Part shown: piece by piece, positions 1 through 13,385 of the stretch
Position numbering within the stretch: the stretch's first letter is position 1
Layout of the letters: each line of letters opens with the position of its first letter
DNA from: Chrysomallon squamiferum
Lineage: Eukaryota; Animalia; Mollusca
Direction: 5' to 3'
Assembly: GCA_012295275.1 (NCBI GenBank)
Contig: CM022669.1
Coordinates: 13,082,001 to 13,146,000, forward strand
DNA: 64,000 nucleotides
Position numbers and translations under genes: made by a program
The notes under the pieces: model-generated
What the model was told of the DNA's origin: nothing
What the model saw: the letters and a program-made list of their open reading frames with translations, nothing else
Database searches by the model: none

Positions 1-22
1 TACTTTAAAGTTTCTCGTTGAC

Positions 23-260
23 GTTTGAAATACGATTGCAAGAAATAAACCTGAAGAATGCATAGGCCATATTACGTCACGTTTGAAATACGCCAGCAAG
101 AAACAGCCTGAAAAATTCATAGGCTGTATAACGTCACATTTGAAATACGCCTGAAGAATGCATAGGTTATACAACTTCATATTTGAAACACGATTGCAAG
201 AAACAGCCTGAAGAATGCATAGGCTATATGACGTCATATTTGAAATACGCCCGAAGACGT
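23..260. repeat. Degenerate minisatellite, about 4.5 copies of 42-58 bp units
   Basis: TTTGAAAYACG...CCTGAAGAATGCATAGG...ACGTCA recurs at about 24, 82, 138, 182 and 239. Some copies lack the internal GCAAGAAACAG segment. Confidence 0.85.
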
Positions 261-614
261 TATAACGTCGTCTTAGATACGACAAAGGGTGGTAGTGCCT
301 TGAAGAGTTTGTGCAACACGTCACAAAGAGATTATATATCGTAGAGTAAGCAGATTTTGATAAGAAAGAATTGTTTTATACGCTGGCTGTACCGATAGAC
401 TGACTGTGCGTGTGACCCAGACACATCTAATAAAACGCTCGCGAAGTCAATCTGAAATGTGCTTGTTTTTGGCACCGCTTTATTGCTTAATAAACTGTTT
501 GTTCCGCAAGACGATCTCGTGGACATTGGACCTAAAACGATTATTCCAATTGGTTATTCGTTTTTATGACAAAATAAACAAGAACGTTTAAGATGAACCT
601 TCAGATCAGATGAC

Positions 615-700
615 AGCGGCCCGAGTCGCAGTGACGGTGACGTGGGCGGAAAGCAAAGTGGGGAGGGGTTCGGGTTTAATCTCAGGGGTGGGGATCAGGG
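615..700. promoter_or_regulatory. GC-rich patch with CRE half-site and GC box (possible regulatory element)
   Basis: GGTGACGTGGGCGGAAAG followed by several G runs in an otherwise very AT-rich context. Motif match only. Confidence 0.25.
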
Positions 701-1214
701 AATAATTATTTTGTAAATTAATTTTTTAGTTGGTGTTTGAAGACCTGAGCAGCTCAAAAATTCTATAAAAAAAAGTCATCTTTGTTAGGATTTTAGTTTT
801 TGAAAGAATATTTCGTTTACATGTCGCTTATTTGTAACTGAATACGTGAGATTCAATAAGCACAAAACAGAATACGTGTTAATGTATTATTTAATACCGT
901 TTTAATAATGATTCAGGAACACTGTCTTTGAGCTGTTAGGTAAGAACTTAATTTGGTTTGTTTTGGGTATTTTGCTTGTTTTTGTTTTCTTTCTGGAAAG
1001 TTATATAACGTTGTCGCTGTAGCTGTCAAAATGTTCTTCTTGTCCCGTCCCTAACGTTTGTCGTCGCAGGTTCTGTTTTCCGTTTTGTACATACGTTGTT
1101 TTGTTACACACAGATCACGTGGTTATTAGTAATGCACGTGACCCTGAAATGGCACAAACAGATTGTTCTTTTTTTTTTTTTTTTTTTCTTTTTTTCTTGC
1201 TGCTTGAAACATAG

Positions 1215-1216
<2 letters not shown>

Positions 1217-1263
<47 letters not shown>

Positions 1264-1457
1264 TGTTATTTCTTTATTCTGTATATAAATTTAAAATGCT
1301 TATTCTTTCTTCTTATTATTATACTACTACTATTACTACTACTATTATTATTATTATTATACTCTTACTACTACTAATACTACTACTACTACTATTATTA
1401 TTATTATACTCTTACTACTACTACTACTAATACTCTTATTATTATTATTATTATTAC
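1217..1457. repeat. Compound (ATT)n/(ACT)n microsatellite
   Basis: Directly visible (ATT)n at 1217-1262, then mixed TAC/TAT triplets. Confidence 0.9.
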
Positions 1458-1692
1458 TCTGCAATACTACTGTATTCACGAAGTGCTTTGACATCTATCT
1501 TTGTAACAGTTGTGATAAACGTACGTCTGTGTCTGTGTTGTAAATATATATATTTATGCAACCTGTGTCTATGTACTCCGATGTAGTCAAATATGTTCAT
1601 TTTAAAACACCAAAGTGTAGGTACAGAATATTTATTATGTTACCGCTTCATGGATGATTCAGCCCATTGAAAAACATTAACAAGATTGTATG

Positions 1693-1765
1693 ATATTGTA
1701 TTATTCGATTTATCACTGTGTTTGGAAATACTGTATTATTCGACGTATCACTGTTTTTCGAATAC
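1693..1765. repeat. Two-copy tandem duplication, about 35 bp
   Basis: ATATTGTATTATTCGATTTATCACTGTG followed by ATACTGTATTATTCGACGTATCACTGTT. Confidence 0.8.
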
Positions 1766-3679
1766 TAGTTAATACATTTGGAGACGGTACATTTTTCAGC
1801 GGTGACCAAATACATGTATTTCTTTCATAGTGTTATGGGGAAAATATTTTGAATACTAACATTTAAATGTCGACATTATTTTTAGGTGTTAAATATATGT
1901 AATTTGATGCATAAATCTAATTTATATTTCATTTTAACATTATTTAATTTAGATATTTGTTAGATTTATTTATTTTTTTTAATTCTTTTTATTCGTAAGC
2001 CCAGAGAAAAGAGACTGAGTTGTAATAATCGTTAGCTCTGTAAATTATCTGAATAATTATAATCATATGTCCTGAAATAACTAACTATAGCATAAACCAT
2101 CAACCCATTTAATCTTTTAATATTTTGTGTAGAAAGATTGTCATTACATAGTGCTTTGATTATATTTCTTTGTTCAGAAAATTATTTATTTGAGATTGTA
2201 TTATTATTAATATTATTATTATTGTGTATTTATGTTTTAGTTATATTGACTAAAGTATAGACATCAGTCATTTTCATTTTTTTTTTTTTTTTGCGTGCCA
2301 ATATGTTTGAAATCGTCACAGTACGAGACATGAAGATATTTTGGATGGATATTCTGATCTGTACTCGGATTACTTTCTTTACATCAGCTATTGTTCTTTG
2401 TCATATGAAAGTGGTTGGAAATAAATTAATTAACGTGAAAGGCGCTCCAAATAAAATAAATAAATAAATATAAAATTACACCATACCAAGGTCTTCATTT
2501 GTCGAGGAAACAAGCCGACAGTCAAAATGACGCAAACAATAACTATTATTAATAACTGCAATTGCTATTACTATTACTGCTACAGCTACAGCTACTGCTA
2601 CTAATACTAATACTAATATCAGTGCCATACACACTATATTTTCATATCGTTGTAGGAGTTAAATAAAGAGACAGGGCGTATATATGATCTCTAATATAAT
2701 GAGACGCACACATTTATACAGCGTCCAAACACTAACTCTTGTCGTGTAAACTTTAGATAGGCCTTCATAAATGTTCGTACTCTAACGAGTCTAGACAGAA
2801 TATCCAACCCAAAGATATCCACAATACTGGTGCCTATGGCCGTGTATTGATGGGAGATACATCTGCAGATTTGATTTCATTATTCACGTTTATTCTTATT
2901 CATTTTATTTCAGTTAATTATAAGTTTTACTAATTTTGTTAGTCCTCATAACCATCATTTTGTTATAATATCATTTATCTCGAATAAACAACTGATTTTT
3001 CAAAAAATACGTTTTATCTTTGTTTATCTTTGTTGTGGTTCGTAGTTAATGTCGTTTGTCGAGATTAAATGGCGAATTCTGGTTTTGGTTTTCTTTTACA
3101 ATTATAGGGGCATAGTCACTGCCGAATGCTGATAACAAATTATTATTATTATTATTATTATTGTACTCTACTGAAATAGTTCTAATTTAAAATTCATACT
3201 GTTGAAAGTTGATAAGCCTGCATCACTTAAAGCACACCTGACTATAAATCGTTTTGAATTTGTTTTGTCATGAATGAGATAATCTTTTGTTGCTGTTGTC
3301 AAAGGCGCTAAGGAGGCAGCTAAGGCGCTTTTAAAATCAGCTTGGACCGCATCAAAACTAATTTAAATATCTTTTTCTTTTCTTTTCTTTTTTTTCTTCT
3401 TTTTTTTTCCGATTGAATTTCTTTACACTTTTCACAGCAGTATAGTGGTAATATAGCTTTATTTTATTCTCAGACCTCTTTCGTAATTATATGATGTTAG
3501 TACCATCTTCTTCCTTATAACAAATGTATAAACCTTGCGTTCAACAGTTTGAAAAAGAAGCTTAAATCGATCAGATATGAATACCCTATAGAACTTTCTT
3601 TGAATAGTTCGAACAAAGCAACATTCGAGTTTAAAACATACATTTCAAATTTAGTGACATATTTAAAATATACAGCTCG

Positions 3680-3923
3680 AGTAACACCAGCACACAAGAA
3701 ACCTGTAACATTTCAGACAATTATTAACAGCGTTATGCCATATGTTTAGAAAAAAATATATATAATAGAATTGATTGCAAAGTCATAACCCGATAAGGCA
3801 AAATCTGCAGTGTGTGCGGTAATAACTTCAAAACAGACTTCGCCAATAAAGCAAGTGCATAACAGCAGTAACACCAGCATACAAGAAACCTGCAACATTT
3901 CAGTCAGTTATTTTCAGCGTTAT
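3680..3923. repeat. Pair of 57-bp direct repeats (3680-3736 and 3867-3923)
   Basis: AGTAACACCAGCAYACAAGAAACCTGYAACATTTCAG...CAGCGTTAT occurs twice, separated by about 130 bp of unique sequence. Confidence 0.85.
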
Positions 3924-4815
3924 TTTCTGAAGTTAACCAAACAGTGCTAACGTGGACTATGTTTCTGAATGAAGCCGCCACTGAAAGAAAAATGCTAAAC
4001 TTGTCTATTGTAATCTACAATTACCTACTTGAAAGAATCGGTAAATACCACGATACGACCCTTCATGTCATGAATGCCTCTATCAGAATGAATGAAGTCG
4101 GCAAACGCTGCCATTTTACCTTTGAATCCATCAATGTCTCTTTGCCGGTGAACGCTATAGAAAATCGCTATGACCAAACAGTACTGGTGTTATGGACTTT
4201 GTTCGTTTCTAAGCCTTATTCTCTACGTTCTGAATATACACATGACAGGGATATGATATATATATGGGCCATGTTGTAATAACGTAATGTAAAAGCGAGA
4301 TAAATGTTTCATATATTTAATAGACTGGAATATTAATAATGATTATGACTTGTTTTATTTTTCAGTGTCGTGTTATAGATTTTGATTAGTGTGTTAACGA
4401 TGAATAATTTAGAAACTGGAAATATCTTGGAACTGTTATTTATATAAATATCGACAAGTGTATGTATGTGTGGCTATGTATATATATATGGATGGGAGAA
4501 TGAATGGATAGACAGATTCACAGATATATAGATAGACAGACAGACAGATTGATAGACAGACACGTGTGCATGTTTGTGTGTCGATGTGTTTATTGTAATC
4601 CAGAGACATACTGTATTAAAAGAAAACTGGATGATGACAGGAGGAAAAATAAATAAAGATATAAGTCAAAACAGAGAGAGAGCAAAAAAACAACCAGTCA
4701 CCCCAAAAAACAAAGCTATAAACATACACACGCTTATAAACGCTGCAGCACACACACATAATAATATACTAGAATTCATTCGCGCGAATATGCATACATT
4801 CACACACAAATATAG

Positions 4816-4849
<34 letters not shown>

Positions 4850-5383
4850 CTACATGCATACATTTGTAAACACGTGCGTACACGTAATTATATATAACAT
4901 AACTACATGTACATAACGTACAAGCGTGGCTGTACAAAAAAACTGTTGTAACGTTCTAAATGATGAATGCTGTGATAATGTTTCTCAACATGAGACACGC
5001 CCACCGTGTTCTGTTACCAAGCATCTTAATTAGCACATTCCGCTCAAGTTCATGCCATCCCCAGAAATATTTCTTACCTGAGAAATAACTTACGTAATTT
5101 CACCTAGAGAAACAGGTGTGAGATAATTGTGTACTCTGCAAACTTGAGCTGAATGTATTATAAAAAGTAACTGAAGGTCCTTTTTTCTTTTTCTTTTTTT
5201 TTCTTCTTATTATTACTTTTTTTTATTTTGTCTAGTTTTGTATATACTGGCTTATATATCTAGTATGTAATGATAGTATAGAAAATAATATTTTGATGTA
5301 TTTATGATACGATTAGATTCTGCACTTAGGCAGTATCTGAGAATGCACTGGTTGGGTATAACATGCAGTTATGACTTTACAAA

Positions 5384-5508
<125 letters not shown>

Positions 5509-6146
5509 ACGTTTTTTTTCTCTTACGCTCTGTCACACTCTTTCCCCCTATATCTCTTTTTGTTGTTTTTTGTTGTTTTTTTGCTGAAGACGCTTACCAC
5601 AAAGAAATACAAATTGAACTATTCAAACTATTACCGTTACCTGTATCTGCTCCTTCCTTATCTAATACATGCCGATGGTTCACCCTAAATTTAATTCACA
5701 GTCAAATTAATTCCTTAAGACAGACAGACAGACAGACAGATATCACACTTCATCATCAGATACTAATACTAACTTTAATGATCACTTTAATTTTAGACAA
5801 TAATTCCTGAAAGTCTCTGAAGAAATTAAGTCGTAAAAACCCCAGCGCACTAAGGCTATGTTCAGAAGTTGTTCAAGAAAAAACGTAATCATTAATGTTA
5901 TTTCCAACTTAGCTGTCTTAATCCCCGCTTACAACGTCGTAACACGCAATCCAGACAAAAGGCAAACTCATCAATTCTCGTTTAATTAAACGAAGAAGAC
6001 TCATCCGACTAGCTCTGGCAGCGAGAGAGATCGTCGGATGGAAGCATTTGTACGTGATCTTGCTGTGTTCTAAGAGGGGGTGGTGTATGGTTAGTGAAGG
6101 GCTGGGGATCTTGCAAGGAAGAAGAAGTTCGGTATATGTTTTCTTG

Positions 6147-6212
<66 letters not shown>

Positions 6213-7221
6213 TTAACTTGTAGTCGAATGATGGGCAAATGGTGAAAAGAATTCGCCGTAATGGCTCACGTGCGAATACGGAAGATTTCTGTCGCTTTGT
6301 TGTTCCGTTCTGAACTGAAGATAAAGACAAAACGGTATTTTCTCTTTCGTCATTTTCCGAGTGCCTGCGTTTTCGACGGATTGATGTTTAACCCTTCATT
6401 AGGGAGCCATCAGGGGCAAATAGAGTTGTCTCGAACTGAACACGTGATTGATTTCTCGAAAACAGTCGATGTCTTATTGATCACGAGGAATGTGTTTTCG
6501 CGCTGTCAGGATTTCGGTAGTAGGATGAGTAACGTATGGATTACTGATACCAGTGCGTAGTTAACTACAAAGATTTGTCTAATCCGTGTTAATCATTTAC
6601 CACGAAGACTGGGTTTTTTTTTTTTTTTTTTTTTTTTTGCAGTTCTTGACATTTGAAGGAAGGTTTAGCAAATGGTTTTGAAAGAAGAAAAAGAACGAGA
6701 TGAAAGTATGAAGACGTCTTATGCTAAAGAGGAAATCGGTAGTCGTCAGTCGTAGAAAATGGAGAAATGATAAAATGGAATAAGAAGAAAAATGGTACTG
6801 ATGAAAAGAAGAAAGAAAAAAATGAAAGAGATAGAAAGAAAGTAAGAAAAAATTAAAGAGGTGAAAAGAAAAAAGAAAGAGAGACATGAAAGAGATTATG
6901 TTAAAGAATGAGTGAAATAAATTTTAAAATTCGGAGGAATTAGAATTATTCTCTTCTTTTTTTTCTTTTTTTTTTTTTTTTTTCTTTTTTTTTGAAGTAA
7001 AGGGAATGGATCTAGAAAATATAATATGAAAGTCTGTGAAAAAAGGAATGAAAAAAAACCCACAAAAAAAAACCCAAGAAGAATATGAAATATTTGCAAT
7101 GATAAAGAAAAACGTTAATAAAAGAAACGAGAACCCGAATACCGCTGTAATTAAGTTTGAAGTTAATCAGCTAAAATAACGAATGGGTACAACTCGAGCA
7201 ATAAACTATTTTACAGACGTT

Positions 7222-7500
7222 GAAACACGTATCATATCAAAATGAATGCCAGTAATAAAGAATGAGATTAAAAAAGCACATATATAACACGTAATCACGC
7301 CAAACTAAATGCTAGTAATAATATATAAAATTAAAAACGAAACACAGCACGTATTTAAGACGATATGCGAACATAAAAGCTAGTAATAAAATATCAAATT
7401 AATTAATAAAGAGCTATAACGCAAGTAAGTAATAAATTCAACATTAATAAGTATGAAGTTATAAAATAACATAACATTAACAAGTATAGAGTTATAAAAC
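7222..7500. repeat. Degenerate 60-70 bp tandem repeat (3 copies) followed by a two-copy repeat of about 32 bp
   Basis: CACGTA...GCYAGTAATAA...ATTAA recurs three times, then AACATTAAYAAGTAT..AGTTATAAAA twice. Confidence 0.6.
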
Positions 7501-9612
7501 ACAACATTATCAAATTACATTTTTTTAAAAATCAGAATATAAATACTTATTTTTATAATGTATAATAACGCTACTGATCTGAACAGAAACTGATACATGA
7601 TGCAAAAACATTGCTAAGTTTGCGAGCCAGAAGAAAATTATGTATACGACGCTAATGCTAAAACAGACTCAAAGTTTGATAATCTGGTCGTGTTGTAGTG
7701 TTGTTCATGCTCTGTGTGACAACCAGGATTTACACTTACTCAGTTTGCTTTGTCTGATGAGAGTAATCTGACTGCAGTCTAGACTAACAGGATTTTCTCA
7801 GCGACAGAGAACACTTTGAAATGATAATAAGAAGAAATAGAAGAAGACGATAATAGAACAATAGCATCAACAATATTAAAAATAAGAATAATGTACTCAT
7901 GTATATTTATAATAATTACTGTTGTTGTTGTTGTTGTTGTCAGTGTAGTTCTGTTATGTTTTATTATTTCAGTCATCTATATGTCCATTACAAACGCACA
8001 CACACAACCAAACACACAAACACGCGTACACACATACATATGGATATATATATATATATGTATGTGTATGTGGGTGTGTATGTATGTATGTATGTCTGTA
8101 TGTATGTATATATGTATGTATGCATGTATGTATGTATGTATGTAATATGTATATATGTATGTAGTCTGTAGAATTTAGTCTGTGATAATCTGACAAGTTT
8201 GGGGTTTATTCGCTGCAGCCTACAAAACCACTAACACTGGTCACGTTGTCTCCACAGTAAACAGGAAGATACGTGACATAATAACCAGCTAGAATTTTTA
8301 TACCGCTAAATAGATTACAGAGAATAAGGAACAGATATAATAAAATACACAATAGGTATACTAAAACAAGTGTAATATTCAGTTATGCCGATTGTAATTC
8401 TGTGGAATATTGCAGTACAAAATAAACGTTATATGTTTTGTATTTGCTATGAGCAGAGGTTGTTTGCTCGGGGTAGGGTGTAGTTGTCTTAGGACCCATT
8501 GAAATACACCACAAAGATATAACTATGTAGAGTAATATTACGGATATAAGTTATGTCGAATATAAGATAACGTAATTTAATTACAGATAATAATGATCGG
8601 TAACGTACAATGGAGTGATAAACAAATCATAACGGATCAAAATACGTTTGTTAAATTATTATGTTGTGAATTAAATTTACAGTATAACTAGCTAGTCCAC
8701 TCTCTTAACGATAGCAAAATAGCAGCATCATGAACTGTTTTTAAAATAAAAAAAAATTTAAAAAAATAAAAATGTTGGTGCAGGCATGTTAGTGTATTTC
8801 ACGCCTTATCGTTTAATATGCAGCGTATTCCCGTCCGCTGTGGAGATTGAATTAGGCCGCACTGACAGTTACGTTAGAATTACGAAAATAGCCGCCTGAG
8901 TAATGACGCCCACTCTCTCTTTTCTGAAATCTCGTACGCGAGTCCCTGAACTTTTAATTTACTTTAGCGGGATTATCAGCCGCGTCCCAGTAACACACAA
9001 TTGTGTAACCCGTAATCCAGCGTTCATGGCTGTAATCACACTGAGGCAAATGAGGCAAATTCCTCATACCGAAATAGATTTAAAAAATATAAAATATAAA
9101 TCTCTATTCCCAGACCCCGTCACCCAAATTCTTTTTGCCCCTCTTTGCTCGGCGATTAAGTGTTTTTAACCTTATTTCAAAAAAGAGTCTAGTTAACGGC
9201 CATGACGTAGTTAACTACGGGTAGATACAAGAGACTATCAGACCAGGTGAATACGTGCATATATAAATATATTATATTGTTTAATTATTTAATCTTCACA
9301 GCCAGCTGTTGTCGCGTATTACGTAAAAATCTGAAGATTCCTAACCATGTTAAAAACTGAAGACGATACGAGGTTGTGAACTTTCTAAATACACGCATAC
9401 ATGTTTAAAAGATAAATGTGCAAGCAAATATACTTATTCGAAGATATATTTATACACATATAGATATAATGTACATACATACTCACATACATACGTACGA
9501 ATAGGTATACATGCATATATACAAACCTAGTTGAATAGATGCGTATATGCATACATGTATAAAAACACACAGGCGCGCGCAGGAACACATACATACTAAC
9601 ATATTATACAAG

Positions 9613-9782
9613 CATACATACAAAAATACATACATACATACATACATAGATACATAGATACATAGATACATACAAACATACATACATGCATGCATACATA
9701 CATATGCATACATACATACATACATACATACATACATACATACACACACACACATACATACATACATAGATACATACATACA
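9613..9782. repeat. (ACAT)n imperfect tetranucleotide microsatellite
   Basis: Directly visible. Confidence 0.9.
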
Positions 9783-11189
9783 TTCAGACATAAAGTTTCG
9801 GAGACTGAGAGAGATAGAGAAGAGAGATCAAAGATACTAAATAAAAATAAATAGATAAATAAATAAATAAAATAACAAGAAATATAAAGTATTTATAAAT
9901 AAAAATAACAAGAAATAAAAACCTATATATATATATATAAAGAAAATCATTATCTTTAAACAGAAATGGTCGTAAGAAATTCATTTGTTTTCCTTCCAAA
10001 CCATTATTGGATTCTTTCAATCATCTTGAAATTTTCTTTCTCACAGACGCCTGACATTTAAATGACACAAAAATCTCGGTACGGAAAAATTAATGCAAAT
10101 TACTTCCATTATCTAATGCTTGTCCAGTGATGGATTTTAATTCCAATTCTGTATGTTCCTTGAAAAATAAAAACATATTAAACGTAAAGAAAGAAAAATT
10201 GTAATAAGAACTCTAATTTTTGTGGCATCATTGTTCAAAATGAACAAAAGTTATTGCTCGGCAAGCAATTGCTGAATTTAATAGAGCAGATTAAACCGAG
10301 AAAACCTTTTTTTAAAGTCCAGTCACGTGTTCTCTACTGATTAGAAAAAGAAAAGAAAAGAAAAAAAAAAAAAAAAAAAAAAAAAAGTCTTATTTAAGCA
10401 CACGCTAAAACGTTAGACACTACATATACGTCCTACACACAACGAACTAAATGAACTATGTTGACTTAAAGAAAAGCTATCGACATAAGCAAATATTAAA
10501 TACTTCATCCAGACAAATTAGAAATTTTTTTAATAATAAGAAAACATCATTCGTTATTGGATTCCATCGGTATTTTGCGGTTTCAAAAGTGGTTTCAAAA
10601 TATTTTGTTAACTAATTTGAAATGATGCAGTCGGAGAAAAAGAAACATTTTTAAGAAGGGCTGAATAAATAAAATTAAAACGTTGTAAAAAAAAAAGTTT
10701 AATTACAGACTATAAATGGTTTCAATAAACGTACGTGTTTAGGTGGGTGATAGGATGAATGGTCGAGGAAAGAAAGTAGAAACAGACAGACAGACAGACA
10801 GACAGACAGACGAGAAGCCAGTTGTAGCAAGTAAACAGTAACAGAGAGAGGCTTGCAGAAATGTGTTTATTAAATTACTTAATAAGATGTGTGCAGGCAA
10901 GAAAAAAAAAATTGTTTAATTTTGCTTCCAAATCCGAATTTTGCCTTAAAGCAGTTTTGTACAATGGGGGAAAAAAAAGAAAACAGAGAAAGAAAAGAAA
11001 CTAAAAGAAGAAGATGAAATGAAGAAGAGGAAATGGTGAATAATAATGATGATAATAATAATGATGATGATGATGATGATGACATTAATAATTATAGTAT
11101 AGTAATAATACATTTTTTTAAAGAAATAAGAACAACAACAGCAACAACAACAATAACAACAAAAAAAAAAAATAATAATAATAAATAAT

Positions 11190-11295
11190 AATGATGATGA
11201 TGATAATAATAATAATAATGAAAATAATAATAATAAGAAGAAGAAGAAGAAGAAGAAGAAGAAAAATAATAATAATAATTATGATGATGATGATG

Positions 11296-11349
<54 letters not shown>
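11190..11349. repeat. Compound (GAT)/(AAT)/(GAA) microsatellite
   Basis: Directly visible. Confidence 0.92.
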
Positions 11350-11809
11350 TTTAGATTACAAAGACTTCCAGATCTTTCTCAGACAGACTTTTGGCAAGAA
11401 ATACAATCTTTAAAAAGAAATTTAACAACTGTTGCTTTTTTTTTTCTAATTTCCAGTGTGATCGTCTCTTTGTCTGATATCCTTAAGGCAGGGAATTATT
11501 ATTTTTTCAGAAAGCAACTTAAGATTCTGTTACGCAAATTGCGAATTTAATACGGCACAAAAGGACTTTTGTGGCTTTGAAGGCGCGAGGAGTACATTTT
11601 AAACAGATGTTATTAAAAGATAGTTAAAGTATCTCTTTCCTCAAACAATAATAAACTCAGTGAATTCGTGTCTTTGGTTCAGAAACCGTGGCGCAACTGT
11701 ACCCGATAACGTAACATAACTAGGGGGCTCGTATTGTCTGAAACATCCTGATGATCATAAGAATGATTATTAATCTGCAATGATTCATCATCCTCTACAC
11801 GAATCAAAG

Positions 11810-12075
11810 AACGAGTATTTATTTACTTAACGACACATCAACACATTTAATATTTGATACAGTGCAGTAATATATTTAATTATGTCATTATTCCAATGAT
11901 GATATGAAAGAAGACTTCTGAGGCCGGTTATATTAAATGTAATTACAATGTAGTCATATTTAATTATGTCATTATTATAAAGGCGATATCTAAGGGAACT
12001 ATACTATGAGCTAGTCAGTGTATATTAGCGATAACAGATCTGTTATAATTTATATTTTGCTCTTTTCCCATACAA
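11810..12075 (-). mobile_element. Possible highly decayed SINE 3' fragment
   Basis: TTTACTTAACGACACATCAACACATTT and ATTAGCGATAACAGATCTGTTATA loosely parallel blocks at 45258-45470. Also holds a 21-bp internal duplication ATATTTAATTATGTCATTATT. Family assignment is from memory, not from a search. Confidence 0.3.
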
Positions 12076-12821
12076 CTCGCGGCTAGGATCAAAGATTGTG
12101 AAACAAAAGAACTGGCTTCAGTCACTTAAAAGGAAAAGCTGTTGGTATTCGCACCAAAGAGACTGAACCGGTGACACTTTTTCTTTGAAACCTAACCTTC
12201 AGTTACAGACTGAATGATTGTCCTGTGCAGTATATAATTTACGTTTATACATTACAGAGATATAATTCATTTTTATTATTCTGTATAAACGAAAGTGTAT
12301 TATCGTCCTAGATGTAATTAAAATGATCCTCAAAACTTCTCTGATTGTGTCAAAAATAAAATTATTTCTGACAATATATAATTTTAAGTCCTTTTTTTTT
12401 TTTTTTTTTTTTTTTGTCCCGCTATTTGAGTCAGAGTATTATAAATATATATTTGCCAGTATCTCAGTACTTTAATAACTCTGATAAATGTCAGACAGTT
12501 AGTTTGTCAAGCACAGATATTTATTTTATCTGTAAGAGAAAATATTCAACTCCTGTGTATTAATAATGATGTTATCTTTCAGACTTTTGTTTGTATTTCA
12601 GATTCGAAAATCTTTGACGTGTCGAACTGGCTAAAACTGGACCATAGAGGAAAATTTATCTGATTGCTTTTCGTGCGACTTTCCAATTCATTAGAGTTAT
12701 CTACACACCGATATTTCACAGAAGATCTAGAAATTAGTTTAAAAACGAACTGCTGATTTGCAATGGATATGCAAGAGACTGAATGTTTGCGTCACGCATT
12801 TCAAATATTCCAAGTTTTACG

Positions 12822-12905
12822 CGATTTCTGAAACTAGTTTTCCAGGATTCTAAACGTAGTTTTCCATGATTTCTGAAGCTAATTTTCCAGAATTTCTGAA
12901 ACGGT
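12822..12905. repeat. Degenerate tandem repeat, about 23 bp x 4
   Basis: GATTTCTGAAACTAGTTTTCCA and three variants in tandem. Confidence 0.7.
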
Positions 12906-12982
12906 TGCCTTGGTCAAATTTTCATCAAGTCTGGAACAAGAGCCGTGCTATCATTTACAGAATGGTGAGGAAAAAAAAGCAT

Positions 12983-13047
12983 AGAAGAAGAAGAAGAAGA
13001 AGAAGAAGAAGAAGAAGAAGAAGAAGAAGAAGAAGAAGAAGAAGAAG
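12983..13047. repeat. (GAA)n microsatellite
   Basis: Pure GAA run. Explains the poly-Arg ORF at 12866. Confidence 0.95.
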
Positions 13048-13301
13048 CGGAAAGAAAGAAGAAAACAAACGTCATGAAATACAGAAAAGTAGCTAAAAAA
13101 AGTGGGGAGAGAAAAAAAAAACTTAAGTCATCGGTAATGTTTGACGAATGCGTTTGTTCCTGGGAGACAAGATTTAAGTCTAATCAAGCCTAGACACTCT
13201 GTCACCTTCAGCATGTTTTCTTTTCAGTTCCCACAAAGCGGCCTCGTTTTCGTATCGATCCTGTTTCTTTTATAAAAACGCCGTTGTCCGAGATTTACCG
13301 T

Positions 13302-13303
<2 letters not shown>

Positions 13304-13381
<78 letters not shown>
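13304..13381. repeat. (TC)n microsatellite
   Basis: Directly visible. Confidence 0.97.

Positions 13382-13385
<4 letters not shown>

Noticed and set aside
3944-4279. 111-aa complex ORF
   Set aside because: GTG start in a eukaryote, no recognisable motif and no flanking splice sites. BLASTP or tBLASTn would settle it.
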